Numbered from the whole stretch's first letter, positions 39,301 through 51,950 are shown. The stretch is 63,483 nt of DNA, filler included, from Folioceros fuciformis (GCA_049999805.1; 14 parts of 14 records of this genome joined end to end with filler, not necessarily neighbours in it); one strand, 5' to 3'. Notes: a model not told the origin generated them from the sequence alone. Program-made: numbers and translations.

Positions 39301-42300
39301 GAATGCTTTGTTTGCAAGAATGCCTGATGGACATGTATCAGCGTCTCACCATACCTGACACAGTGACAACCTTCAGTATTGCCAACAGTCACAAAAGTAT
39401 TGAGAATATGCACATGCCAGTTCTCATATGAAGGCAGGAATGCAAAGACATACTTATCCTTGAAGTAATCTCCGTAAGTTTTTTGCGGCACCGGTCCAGA
39501 GGTTTCTGCCACATGCTCCTGCCCTTTGTTCGTAGGAAATGCAGTGATAGCATTAGTTCCCTCTAGGAGTTTGGTCACAAAGTAAAACCGACCGGTGTGA
39601 CGAGTGACTACAGCAGTATCCAGAATTCGCTCAAGGCTAACCACACCATCAGCAAGCTGCACAGGGACATTGGAACTTGCTTTCATTGGTTCCGGTTGCC
39701 CCTTTTCATCATTCAGGCTTCTGATGTCACCTAAAGAGAAGCCATCGACTTCATTCTCATGAGCAAGAAACTTTGCCACATGAGCTCCTTTTCGAACATA
39801 CTCCCAATTGATTTGTGCTTGTAAAGCGTGTGTCACACCTGATCCAGTTTGCTTGGGAAATCTTGCCAACGGTAGCAGCAAGTACATCCGTGACTGTTCC
39901 CACAGCTTGTCCAGCCTTTCTCTGGACAAACAAAGGTAATCAACCTTCCAAGATGTAAATCCAGCCTGTTTTGGTGAACGAGTCACTAGTCTGGAAAACA
40001 TGCCATTGAAGAATACCTCCTGAAACTTCTTGGCATCTTCGAGCTGTCAGGGTATACGATTTGGAAACCAGTCATTCCAGGCCTCTCCACAATACTGATG
40101 AAAGGAAAAAAGAAAACAGTGATGAACTCACCTCATTTACATTGAGTTCTACTTTTGAAGCAGGAATCAAGGCGGCATTCACCGCCTGGCCCACTTTTAA
40201 GTTCAGCTTCACCACTAGTTCAGCTGCATCATTTTCCAGCTCAGACTCCAACAGAAGGACGAAATCAACGAACTCCTTTCCCTCACAGGAAGTTGGTGTG
40301 AATGTCATAATATAAGCATACAATGAAGCTCCATGCTTACTGTTGCCCCAACAACCTTCCAAGCCTTTGGTTGAAATTGTTGCATGGAGCTCTTTCTGCT
40401 TCATGTTCCCTTCAACACGATAAGCATTGTCAGCGAAACATGAGTCATCAAAGAATTGGATCACACAACATTGAGTTCCGAAGTACCTCTCCCCACTGCT
40501 ATATTGCCCACATTGTCCACAATGCTGCTATCTGGCCCTGCATCTGTGACTGGTCGCAAGTGGTCATTTAAGCCTCCCAACTTGTGCAGCTTTTCACAGG
40601 CCCTCAGACAAACCACCTGCTTTGCCAAAGCGGCATTCTTCCTCGGGGGGCCCACTTCCTCATGGATCAATGCATTTGCAGGTAGCTTTAGAGTACAGAT
40701 GTGTTCTTTGTCTTCATTCGTAGAAAAGCAGAAGTCTGGCCTTGGAATGTAAAATCTGAACAGAACCAACAGATGGACGTTGCAATGAGGAGGTAAAACG
40801 TAGGTACATTTATCTGGTTTAGAAATTTGCTGCAGTACTGATGAACAAGAGCTCTGCTTCATGTTGCGCTGACTACAGCCCGGTGGCCAAACATAGGACC
40901 ATCAGTTGGAATGTGCAGTCATCCACATACCGATCTTTTGGTAGCTTGGAGCAGTACTGATAAACAACTGCTATGCTGGAGCTAGTAGTGACAACAGCCC
41001 CAGTGTTTTCCACCTTGTAAAACTCTGGAAGTACAGCATCTGAAGGGCATGGAGTTGGGTCGGGAGCCCGACCTTCACGGTCAAGGGACAGTGCCTTCAT
41101 ATTTCGCTCCTTCGCTTTCATTTTGATGAGTTCTCCCAGATGTCGTGCCCTCCTGTCAAACCAGAAGGGCAAACAAAGATCACGCGCAATTCTGGAATTG
41201 TGCAGTGTCCTTGATTAGATACATGCCTCCCAATTACCTATCCAGAAGGACTACGTAATCAGATCCAGGCCGACGAGCACGTCCACGAGACTGAATGTAG
41301 CTGATTGGCGACTTTGGCAGGTCGAACCTTATTACTATATTGCAGCTTTGAACGTCAAGGCCTTCCTCTGCAACATCGGTAGCAATCAAAATATTTACCT
41401 GCTCCAAAGAGAGCAAAAACTCAGAAATGGGCCAGAAGACTAGAGGACGACGCCTTAGAATTTTCTGAGATTACTCATTAAGGGCAAACATAGATAACAA
41501 CCTTGCCCAGCCGAAAGGCTGCTATAACAGACTGTTGCTTGCTGGTGCTCGTATCCACATGTGAACCGCTATTACCAGTCAGAAATTCACACCGAAGGAA
41601 AGAGAGGGAACCCAGTCTACTCAGTGCATTGACTAATTCGCACAATCCAATGGTGTCAATAACCCTATCAACGAACACAATGCACCGAAGATCTGCTGTA
41701 TCTCTGCAACATAAGAGGAAGATGCAGAGATATGAGAAGGTTGTTCAGGGATGCCATCATGTCTCACACAGAAATGTATCCCCAAATATAAATTTGGACG
41801 AGTTACCGACCTGTAGCCCTTCAGAACCTTAACAAGCAGCTTCACCTTTGGGGTCAAAAGATTATTGACCAGTTCCTGTCCAGGTTCACCTGAAGGAGTT
41901 TGAATCGGGGTGCTTGAGACAAAGCTTCACAAGTAAGGCCTCCAAAAAGAGCTGGCAAACCAACACAGCCTTTCACCTGGGAGAACAAGAGATTGGAGAA
42001 GCTTGAGGGCCTCTGAAAGGAACCCCTTTTGTTGTCTGATGACGCAGTTTGCGAGTTCGCAATCCAAACACTCAAATGTTGTAGGAGCTGCATTGTCTTT
42101 CAACAATTTCACCACCACCTAAAGAACATCAAGCTAATATCAGAGAAGTTCCAGGGTGAGTTGCATTTGCTGAAGCACACAGACATACCTCCATGGCACA
42201 CCAGTATCCCAAGTCCGTAACACAATGCAGAATAGATCGACAGAGCCTGGAGATGTGGCTCTTGAGCCTTTTTGAAGCTATCTTCTGGTCTTCATATTCT

Positions 42301-43903
42301 CTACTGGGATTGGATGCTCTGGACTTTTCTTCACTGAGCACTGCATACTGGAAGTAGGGGCAATTACCCTCCACATGTGTCCAGAAACATGACAACGGAC
42401 ACCTTAGAAAGCGCTGGCAGTAGCTTCAAACGCTTTAATAATACCTTCTCTTTCAGCTCCTCCAAGGCGGAACTTAGTCTTGGATTACAATGGATGCCAG
42501 GACCCTCGTAATAGTACCCAATTTCGTTCGGGGACGGGGCAAAAGATTCTACTGCTAAGCGATCTTTTGGTGTGCAAACCTGCAAACTCCAGCCAAAACA
42601 CCTTCAGTGGGAAGGGAGCTAATCAGTTTTACAAATGCATCTCGTGTCAAGGCTATGGAGTGTGCAGGACCTGGGCGTCCAGCATCTGTTCCAGCTCCTT
42701 CATTTTCATTTCACAGTCCTCCATGTCATTAACCCCTGGCGCACCGTGGATAATTAGATTTGAACTACCAATGTGAAGGCGGCATAAGTGAAGATCTGAA
42801 AACTCTTTCGCTGTTGACCTACCTCGAGTAACTGGAGAAGCTGTCATTCCAAAAACTTTCGGTTTATAGTGGGATGCACGGTAATGCTCCTGCAAGACAC
42901 TCCATCAGCCTCCGGTTCTCTGAATCAAAGCACATTCAAGGTGTTTAAGATTCATGTTCACTTCGGCATTTACCTCCATTATCTTTGCATATGGATTTTT
43001 GCCCTTTGCATGATGACACTCATCTAGTATCAGAACTTCAACAACATCCAATTTAATCTTTGCAGTGTTCAAGGCATCTAAGAACACCTGAGGAGTCATG
43101 ACCAAAACCTGAACACGGGAACACACTTAGATAAAGCCAAAAGAGAGGGCCAGCACAGCAAGATTGCTCCATTGAATAATGTGCGCGCCTCATGGGTCTC
43201 AATCTCTTTCCTCCAGTCATCCAGAGTAAGGTCATCAACACCCCTGTCGCCGTAGTAGGCTTCTGCTCTGAAGCTGGTATGAACTCTGATAACCCCAAGT
43301 TGCTGCAATCCACCAACATGAGCTGACAACAACGATCGAGTCCATGCCTGAGCTGCGGCGGAAGGAAGAGAGCAACTACCTGAACAGCCAAGAGAACCTT
43401 GGGGACAATGAACACTGCGACACGCTTATTTAACGGGTCTCGCAGCCGAGGTGCTAAAGCCTTTAACAGCAGCACAGCAATGAGCGTCTTCCCACATCCA
43501 GTCTCAAGGTAGACTATGACATTGCGTTTCGTGGCTATCTCCAAAATTTCTAGCTGATACCTGTAGCAGCCGACACGACACGACGCAATTGCAGTCAGCC
43601 CTTTACATCACCTCTCTTGCAGCTCACAAGATCGCACAGAACTTGCCTTCGCGCAATAGAGTCGGCGTCTAATGGGACGAGCTGCTTCGTCTCCTCTTCA
43701 AGATCAGTCCCGAGCCCGCCCTTCTTTCTGGTCACCTTGACTTCAGACCGTGGTTTTTTTTTCCTACTCTCTGAACGCCTATGACGCTTCTCCCGCTTCA
43801 GAGGGTCAAGACAAGTATCATCATCCCTCGTGCGCTTCCCAAGACTGGCCTCCGCCCCCATTTCGGAGGAGAGTACCTCCATCGCAGTCTGCGAGCTGCC
43901 CAT
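36326..43903 (-). CDS. DCL3: Dicer-like endoribonuclease, most similar to the DCL3 clade (DExD helicase, helicase-C, DUF283, PAZ, 2x RNase III, 2x dsRBD); multi-exon, apparently complete
   Basis: [92 protein letters not shown]283 [17 protein letters not shown]; RNase IIIa [12 protein letters not shown] and IIIb [12 protein letters not shown]; two dsRBDs. [17 protein letters not shown] and [12 protein letters not shown] resemble DCL3. The DCL family call is firm; the subclade is an inference. Confidence 0.85.
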
Positions 43904-44605
43904 TGTACACAAGGTTCACAATTTGATCAGAAACACCCCACAGAGGCCCGATCGAGACACTTCGCAAGTAGAGTTGACAGCATGCCAGTGCTGTATTACA
44001 CGAGTACAGAGACGCTTACAAAGCTGAGTTTTCCGACTGCAATGCAAAATTTGGTCGTGCCCCACCCAACTCTAAGGCCCCGTTCTCGTCATGGCCGCCA
44101 TAACTGATTTGGCCCCCTGAAAAACCTGGAGATGGAGCCCGTCGTAACAAGCTGAGGAGAATTGACGATGGGACAGCAGAAGGGGAAAGGGGGACTCAGC
44201 TGGAGGAATTGGCTAGCTACCGTGCGCGAACGATGCCTCACGAGAGCTTGCGCACAGGACAGCCAGGTGGTGCCCCGTGAATCCAGTAGGCCGGCAGGCT
44301 TAGCCGTTTCCACGATTGCGCGTATCTGGCAGGCAACCATCACTCCGGGTACACTGAACGGACAAGAACGATGCCTCCCCAATGTTCCCGCTCTCTCCCG
44401 CCGTTCCGTAACAGCTTGGCGTTGTTGTGCCTGCTCTTTCTTCCGTTCCGTTATAGTTTGGAGAGCAGCTAAGGACATGCAACCTAGAGTTATCATTCAC
44501 AGCCGTGGAGATGATGAGTTATCATTCCCTCCCATTATGACATTTTGGGAGCATAGATGATATTCGTAGGAGAGAGTACTTTTTTTGGCCTTGGGACGTA
44601 ATAGG

Positions 44606-44742
44606 CTGTTCCTCCCATCTTTTTTGCCCTTTTGGTCCTAATGGGTTGTTCCTCCCATCTTTTTTGCCCTTTTGGTCCTAATGGGTTGTTCCTCCTGGTC
44701 CTAATGGGTTGTTCCTCCTGGTCCTAATGGGTTGTTCTTCCA
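44606..44742. repeat. Nested ~41-bp and ~21-bp tandem repeats (tggtcctaatgggttgttcctcc core)
   Basis: Directly visible. Confidence 0.75.
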
Positions 44743-45322
44743 ATCTTTGAAGTAGATGGGATTTTTTTATTTCTTTTTTAATCATAAAAAATATGCAAAT
44801 ATATTAGAGAGTGGGATTTTCTATTTTTTTTCAATCATAGAAAATATAGAACATATTAGAGAGTTATCGTTCACAGCCGCGGATAGACACGATGGAGACT
44901 TTACTAGAAATGGGGAGAGACGAGGCTAACAAGCATAGCAGCAACACATAAAGCCCTGCCAACATTCCAATAAGACAATTAATAATATGCCATAATCAAA
45001 AGTGCAGGACGGAATTTACCCGCCCTACCAATCACACCATGAGTAACAGTTTCTTGCTGCACTTGGGAGAAAAAGAGGTGGGGAAACTCTTCTCCTTGGA
45101 ACTAGAGTGACCACCAATTCAAGAGCTTGGGACCTAGCACATGCACATGTCCTTTCTTTTCATTTCAAAGCTAGCTTTAGATGGCTCAATCACTTTGGTT
45201 GTATGTCTCTTCTTTTAGGTAGATGGGTTTTTGGTTTTCCAACGTTCACCTTTGATGGGTTATTTCAGCTCGGTTTGTCTTGCAATGGGTTTATGGTTTC
45301 GCGATGCGGTGCTTTGCTTTGC

Positions 45323-45438
45323 TTTCACTGTCCAATGGGTTTTTGGTTTTGCAACGTTGTTCACTTGCGGTCCTTTGTTTTGCTGTCACTTTCCAATGGG
45401 TTTTTGGTTTTGCAACGTTGTTCACTTGCGGTCCTTTG
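45323..45438. repeat. ~61-bp tandem repeat running into the scaffold end
   Basis: Two near-identical copies of tccaatgggtttttggttttgcaacgttgttcacttgcggtcctttg. Confidence 0.8.
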
Positions 45439-45538
45439 NNNNNNNNNNNNNNNNNNNNNNNNNNNNNNNNNNNNNNNNNNNNTTAATTAATTAANNNNNN
45501 NNNNNNNNNNNNNNNNNNNNNNNNNNNNNNNNNNNNNN

Positions 45539-48072
45539 GAGGACGGAGCTGGTGGCTTGCAGCCGGCGTCGATCCGGACAGGCGCGGAGGGGCATTCGGG
45601 CTTGGCGGAGAAGGTGTCGCAGCTGGAGCGGGCTGCTGGGGACTTGGAGGACGCGGTGGCTGCAATCAACTCCTCTGCCTGGACGTACAAGAATCGGAAA
45701 GTGCTGACGGTTTCGGGCATGGAGGTGGGTGAGTGGTGTGTAGAAGTAGTAGTAGTTGTAGTAGTAGTAGTAGGAGGAGGAGTTATCATGTGGTGCATAG
45801 CATTATCTGCATTTGTGTGTGTGATGGCGACTGACTGTGAGATGCTGGTTTGGGATGAACAGGTTACTGGAGGGTTTCGGCACAAGTTGGCAGCAGCTGT
45901 GAATTTCCTGCAGGCGACGGAAAGAGTGATTGAAGATGTTGTGAGTGGCAACTTCGAGTGCGAGGATGTGGTGTCGAAGGTGGATATTAGGGTGGATCGT
46001 GCAGTTGCAGCTCTGAAGCCGGCAGCAGTTGCTGACTACCGATCTGTTTTGGCTAGCATTGGGTGGCCACCGCCTCTGTCGTCCGCTGGGAACAGTGAGG
46101 GTGGCCCAGGTGACAAGGGGGGCAACAACAATCCTTTGCTGGACATGGAACCGGAGGCGAGCAGCAAGTTTGAGAAGAGCTTCTTGGTGCTTGCAGGTCT
46201 GCAAGCGGTACAGATGAGACGGAAGGCACGGCAGCTCAGTCAAACTCCGGCTGCTTTCCAGCCGAGTCGGCAACAGAAGAAAAGACCGTCTGAACCCATT
46301 TGGGCTATCGACGAGCTTGTAGGGCCTGTAGAGTCTAGAGTGGAGTATCATTTCGTGAAATGGGTGAAGAGGCCGGAGCTGGTGTTTTCTCTTATCCATC
46401 GCCTGACAAAGCAGTACGTGGACGTTGTCGAGGAAATATTGCAGCCGCTGCTTGTCAGGGCCAAACTTACCGGTTGCAGAGCTAGGGAGGAATGGATCGC
46501 TGCCATGGTGAAGGTTGGTGGGAACCATCTTCGGACGCATGCTCTGCCTGATATTTTGGCTGATCTGCAGTATGAAATAGGGCTTACGGCTGCCCTCTGG
46601 CTGCATACGGTGGATGAGACTATTGCATTCGACGCAAAAATGCAGAGTCTGGCTGCGAGGTCGATTGGGTTGTTCCCTCTCCAAGGCAAGGAGCTGACAG
46701 GGGTCCAAGAAAGGGCTCTGGGGCTTGAGGTTGCCTGTATCTCGGTGTTTGCCGAGCGATCCGAGTGGCTGGCGATATGGGCTCGCCTTGAGTTTGGGGA
46801 TGCCCTGCAGAAGCTGAGATATGTTCTTGACAGGGAGGAGGCATGGGAAGTCAGATCGAGGCCGCATTTATCTTCGTTTCTCGAAGGAGCTGGCTACGAA
46901 AGCATTTCTGTGTCTCCCTTAGAGGAATTCGGGGCTCCCTCCGGAGCAGAGGCAATGACGACGAACATGGCCACTGTGATGGATCGGTGTCGAACACTTT
47001 TGGAAGCGGACCAACGCTTTACGTTTGTCAGGCTGGCGGCAGCTCCGCTGTCACATGAGTATCTCGACTACCTTCAAAGACGATGCAGAGAGGCAGAAGG
47101 TTTGACTTCTCTGGCCGATGAGGATTCAATGGTGAAGGTGGCTATCTGCACAAATGCAGCTCGATATTGTCATAGTGCCGTGCAAGATTGGGGGGAGGAT
47201 ATCTTCTTTCTGGAACTCAGAATGGCGGAGTTGAATCAAAGCGGTGATATCCCCAGCAGCACTAGCTTGGCAGATGTGGAGGGCAGCGTGTTTGACNNNN
47301 NNNNNNNNNNNNNNNNNNNNNNNNNNNNNNNNNNNNNNNNNNNNNNNNNNNNNNNNNNNNNNNNNNNNNNNNNNNNNNNNNNNNNNNNNNNNNNNNGCTG
47401 GAGGGCTTCACGAAATTCCAACACGACTGGATCAACAAACTGGTGATGGTGACCACCGGTGGTTTCGAAAGTACTTGCTGGGAATACATCCGGAACAGAA
47501 AGAGATGGCAGGACGAGGCCGAGGCTTCCTTGGATGGAACAGGTGGATCTCGCGAAGACCCCGTGGGTGGTTTGCAGGGTATACAGATTGACGACGCGAC
47601 TCTGTGCCCCTCCCCGAGCCTTGTGGATGCATTGGCAGAGTTGCAAAGTCGGCTGAGGGCGTTGCAACACGCCTTCTGCCAGACGAATTTTCTCGAGTAC
47701 TGGCGTGCACTTGCAACGTCCTTGGACCAGTCCTTCTTCTTCAGTGTCATCGCCGGGTCGAAGTTCTCAGAACAAGGTGGGCTGCAGCTAGCTGCGGACG
47801 TTCAGGCCCTGTTCAAGATATTCAAGGCGTTTTGTGCCCGCCCCGGAAGCTATTTCAAAAATCTGAGCGATGCATCCAAGCTGCTCACACTAGCTGAGGG
47901 GGAAGCCGCAGCACTGCTCCAGACTATGCAGGCTTCTGCGTGGGAAATGGAGGACGAGGCAGAATCGGAGGTTAAGGACGCAGTACAGGCTGTTTTGAGA
48001 AAGCATGGCGTGAAGAGACTGTCGTGTTCGGTGGCTATCAAGCTTTTGAACAACCGTGTGTATTCGAGGTGA
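45539..48072 (+). CDS. MAG2: RINT1/TIP20 family tethering factor (MAG2/MAG2-like); 5' partial, intron 45725-45862, apparent frame change only at the N gap
   Basis: ADYRSVLASIGWPPPL, EPIWAIDELVGP..EYHFVKWVKRPELVF, LQPLLVRAKLTGCRAREEWIAAMV, WLHTVDETIAFD, NAARYC..DWGEDIFFLEL, FSEQGGLQLAADVQALFKIFKAFCARP. Confidence 0.85.
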
Positions 48073-48279
48073 AGAGGTGGAAAACGTGAGTGTATTAGAT
48101 AGAGCTCAGGTGTGTATGGCCATTGCAGGAGTTTACAAAAGCCATCTCCGCTCCCCTTCCTCCATCCTGAGATCACCCGTGCGGGAAGACACATCTGCTC
48201 GCTCTCGAGAACGTTACACATATCGTACTCCTCCTCTTCCACACGATGATGGCGCGCCCATTGTGCTCAATCCGCACCC

Positions 48280-49061
48280 TTACAAAACTTGAGATCCGAA
48301 AATCACCACCACGTGCACCTCTTGCTTCCTGTCCTTGAATTCGAAAGGGCTACTGTACCCCTCGTAAGTAACACTGCTCTCATCGTAGAGCACGCCATCC
48401 CTGTCCAACTTGGACTTGAGCTGCAGCCACACAGCCCTGTAGTCGTCCTGGTCAGGGAAGCCCCCAAACGGACCAATAACCGCATGTGTGCTGGCCTCCC
48501 TCTCGTGAAAATACAGAGCTGAATCCTTGGGAATTGCGAGATCCTTCACCGATTTAAACCTACCGCACGAAGATGCCGTCAACACCTACCCACAAAATAC
48601 CATGAAGAACAGCACTAATCCGCAACCAAGTCACCTGCTCGGTGCAAAGAAAGCAATCCTCCACCCGTTGGATTCCGGGGCAGGTATAATCAGCACAGGC
48701 CCCGTCATCTCGATGACCTCCGCTCTTTCGTTTTTGCCCGAAATGTAGTCGAAGCATCGGTAGAAGCCCACCACCAGCGCCTTGGCGTAGTTGGAGTCGG
48801 CCACCAGAGTTTCTACCCATATCTGTACCGGCACAAGCCGAGAAATTACTCCCCGCAGCCATTCCCGACGCAGCAATCCAGTATACCACACGCTCACCTG
48901 CCCGTCCGGGTAATGCCGCAACTCGTACCCGTTCCGTTGCGCCAACACAGTGCACCTCGGCGTCTCGAACGACAGCTGCGGGCCGCAAACTCCCGGATCC
49001 TCGCCCCCGACCAAGCCCCGCTCATCCTCCCCTCTCGAACCACCCGGAAGCTCAAGCCGCT
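48280..49061 (-). CDS. SOUL/heme-binding protein family, 3 exons visible, 5' partial
   Basis: FETPRCTVL..YELRHY | W..GFYRCFDYISGKNERAEVIEMTGPV..FFAP | FGGF..YSSPFEFKDRKQEV, joined by GT-AG introns. Confidence 0.85.
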
Positions 49062-49283
49062 NNNNNNNNNNNNNNNNNNNNNNNNNNNNNNNNNNNNNNN
49101 NNNNNTTAATTAATTAANNNNNNNNNNNNNNNNNNNNNNNNNNNNNNNNNNNNNNNNNNNNTAGTATGTAGTAATTTTACCTCCATTCTAAATATTCTCA
49201 ATATTATATTCATATTATATTTAAAATAAAATAATTAAAATTAAAATTTAATTAAATTATGTAGAATAGAATTGATTACATAA

Positions 49284-49345
49284 TAGCTTTGTCGGTAGTC
49301 CACAAGTGATTATCTCTTGGATGATAGGTTCGAATCCTATAACTA
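49284..49345 (+). pseudogene. tRNA-like relic (Pol III A/B box; tRNA pseudogene or SINE head)
   Basis: A-box-like TAGCTTTGTCGG at 49284 and a perfect T-arm ATAGG-TTCGAAT-CCTAT at 49324-49340. No convincing acceptor or anticodon stem. Confidence 0.45.
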
Positions 49346-49759
49346 CTTATCTTATGCATAATTATTTATTTATATATTACATTTTTGAGGATAAAGTTTT
49401 TAGTATGATACACTTAGATAAGTTTGTAGGCTAAAGGAAAATTTACTAGATAAAGTAGGTTTTGTTTAGAAACAGCTTAGAAGCTAGTTTGTAGACGGAA
49501 CTGGATAGAATATTTAAGTTTTTTTCTTACCCTTTCTTAGGGTACAAGAAGCTAGCTTGAAATTAGTAGAAGAACACCGCATGATGAAAATCCCTTTTCA
49601 AGACTGATTTCACACTTCATGGCAAAAATGTGACTACAACTTTGTCTTCTCCTCCTTGTTTTGCACTTGATTAAAGACGTGATGCATTTTTATGTATTTA
49701 AAAAAAAAAAAGATAAGAAACCTATCTAACCTGGAAGAGGGAGAGGGGTCCCTTCTCTA

Positions 49760-51600
49760 CTATCTATATGGGCCGGCATAGGAAGGGGGGTTTTGGTACT
49801 TGATTTAGTAGAAGGCATAAAGGAAGGCAATCCCTTGGGGGTCCTTTTTGTGATGGATCACGTTAGGGCCCTTTCTATTACTACCTCGTTAGTTTCTTAT
49901 TACTTATATCCCTCTATGGTGGATTATTCACATTTTGGAGCTAGGTGATTGCACAAAGCGAAGCTTTTGAGGTTTTTTTCATAGAGCCACTTTGTACAAG
50001 TTTAAAGGTGAAGTTTTCTAAGTGCAAGGTTTGGTTTTGCTTCCCTTGGAATGTCTCCTCTAGTCTTCTCGAGGGCGAAATTGCTTCCTCACAAGGCCTT
50101 TGAGTTTTGGGAGTCTCGGTGAGGCCCCCAACCTTTGCCCAAGGCATTATGGATATCGCTCTTTAGCAGGACCTAGCCCATGCAGATGACCTTGCCCATT
50201 TAGAGGACCCACGTATGCCTTTTCAGAATTCTTTCCTCATGTTTTGCACGTTGTCCAAGATACCTTCTCTGGATGATACCCCCTCTTTGACATTTCTTGC
50301 AAGCTTGAGGAGCTTTGACAATAGAATCATGCAATTTTTTGGTGATATTATTGTTCATTGTACTTTGAGTGTGACGCGGGGGACCTTGCAAGGCAACATG
50401 TATATCTTCCTATCTTAGTTGGTGGCATTGGTTTGCTGGCAATAGAGATTTTGGCACTGGCAGCATTTCTTAGGAGTTGGGCCCTTTCAGCTCCCATTTT
50501 GGCTATCCATTTTCTCATTCACAATGCTTGCATTTTGGAATCTTTCATCCCTGGTATCGAGGAGGGTGCCCTTCCTTTGCACATGTCCCTAAGATCGGCT
50601 AGGGCGCCTTTTCTTTTGCCGCTAGGATTGATATGCCTCAATTTTCATCTCTTCTTGCGGTGGGAATTCAGGGACTCTAAGCTTCTCTTCTTGAGAAGAA
50701 ATACAAGAAGATGCAACTTAATATTCTTTCAGGATTCTTCTATCCCCAGGCCTGTTCGGGCACAGCTCCGTTGGTGTGTATGAAAGGGCACATGCTCTTA
50801 GCTTGACGTAGCATCAAGGCTTTCTGAATTGCACCAACCACATTCTCTACTGTAATGAGGTTTTACCTTGGTTTGGCCGAACCTTTGCTCTCTCTTCTCT
50901 TGCAATTGCGGGTCGCCTCTAGATAACCTTGGCACTCATCTTGCCACTTGTTCAAGTGGAGGTCACAACTTAGGCACTCATCTTGCATGTTGTTCAAGTG
51001 GGGGTCACAACTCAGGCACTCATCTTGCCTGTTGTTCAAGTGGGGGTCACAACTCAGGCACTCATCTTGCCTGTTGNNNNNNNNNNNNNNNNNNNNNNNN
51101 NNNNNNNNNNNNNNNNNNNNNNNNNNNNNNNNNNNNNNNNNNNNNNNNNNNNNNNNNNNNNNNNNNNNNNNNNNNNCAGGCACTCATCTTGCCTGTTGTT
51201 CAAGTGGGGGCCAACAGATTGCTGTGCATGATGCTGTGCACGATGTCATGTTTTCGTTGGCTAAGGAGGTTGGCTTTTTTCCCTTTAATAGTGTTTCTCT
51301 TTGGGTTGACCTTTTCCTCATCCAAGGAGATCAACAAGTTTTTATTGTTGACGTGGTTGTCACTAACCCCACACGAGTCACAGTTTGCAGGCACGTTATC
51401 CTCAACTCTCCGGGTTGGACGGCAAAGGGGAGTGGATCGGCTAAGGTTCATAAGTATACCCGTCCACATGCTGGACACACCTTTATTCCCCTTGCCATTG
51501 AGACCCACGGGCCATGTACTAGGCATTTTCTAAGTTTTTAAAGTCTCGCAACAAGGCGGTTCACAACTGCTCCACAACAAGCGTTGGCTAATGCCATATA
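49760..51600 (+). mobile_element. Decayed early-branching non-LTR retrotransposon (CRE/R2-like: RT + CCHC + restriction-like endonuclease)
   Basis: RT remnant GNPLGGP at ~49825; LPILVGGIG; CNCGSPLDNLGTHLATCSSGG..HDAVHD; D..DVVVTNP..AKVHKY..FIPLAIETHG, a typical RLE-domain tail. Confidence 0.7.
50931..51210 (+). repeat. 42-bp in-frame tandem repeat inside the retroelement zinc knuckle (GTHLACCSSGGHNS)n
   Basis: At least 4 copies of ggcactcatcttgcctgttgttcaagtgggggtcacaactca, spanning an N gap. Confidence 0.85.
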
Positions 51601-51765
51601 GAGGACAACAACGTTGGCAGAAGAGGTGGTGTTTGCAACCCTAGTGGTAGGTAGACCAAAGAGGTGGCATCAGCAATCTTGGTGGTAGGTAGATTAAAAA
51701 GGCGACGTTAGCAACCCTAGTGGTACGTAGACGCTTTCTCCTCCTAGATCGTGATGGATCGTGAT

Positions 51766-51950
51766 GTTTTAGGTACTATTGGTAGTTATTTTAGGTACTA
51801 TTGATAGTTATTAGGCTTGAAGGGTTAGCCCCAGTGATTGGTAGTTATTTTAGGTACTATTGATAGTTATTAGGCTTGAAGGGTTAGGCCCAGTGATTAA
51901 TAGTTATTTTAAGTACTATTGGTAGTTATTAGGCTTGAAGGGTTAGCCTC
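51766..51950. repeat. ~60-bp tandem repeat (gttattttaggtactattgatagttattaggcttgaagggttagccccagtgattggta), ~3 copies
   Basis: Directly visible. Confidence 0.8.

Noticed and set aside
47297-47446. Frameshift in MAG2-like
   Set aside because: It coincides with a fixed-length 100-N gap, so it is an assembly artefact.
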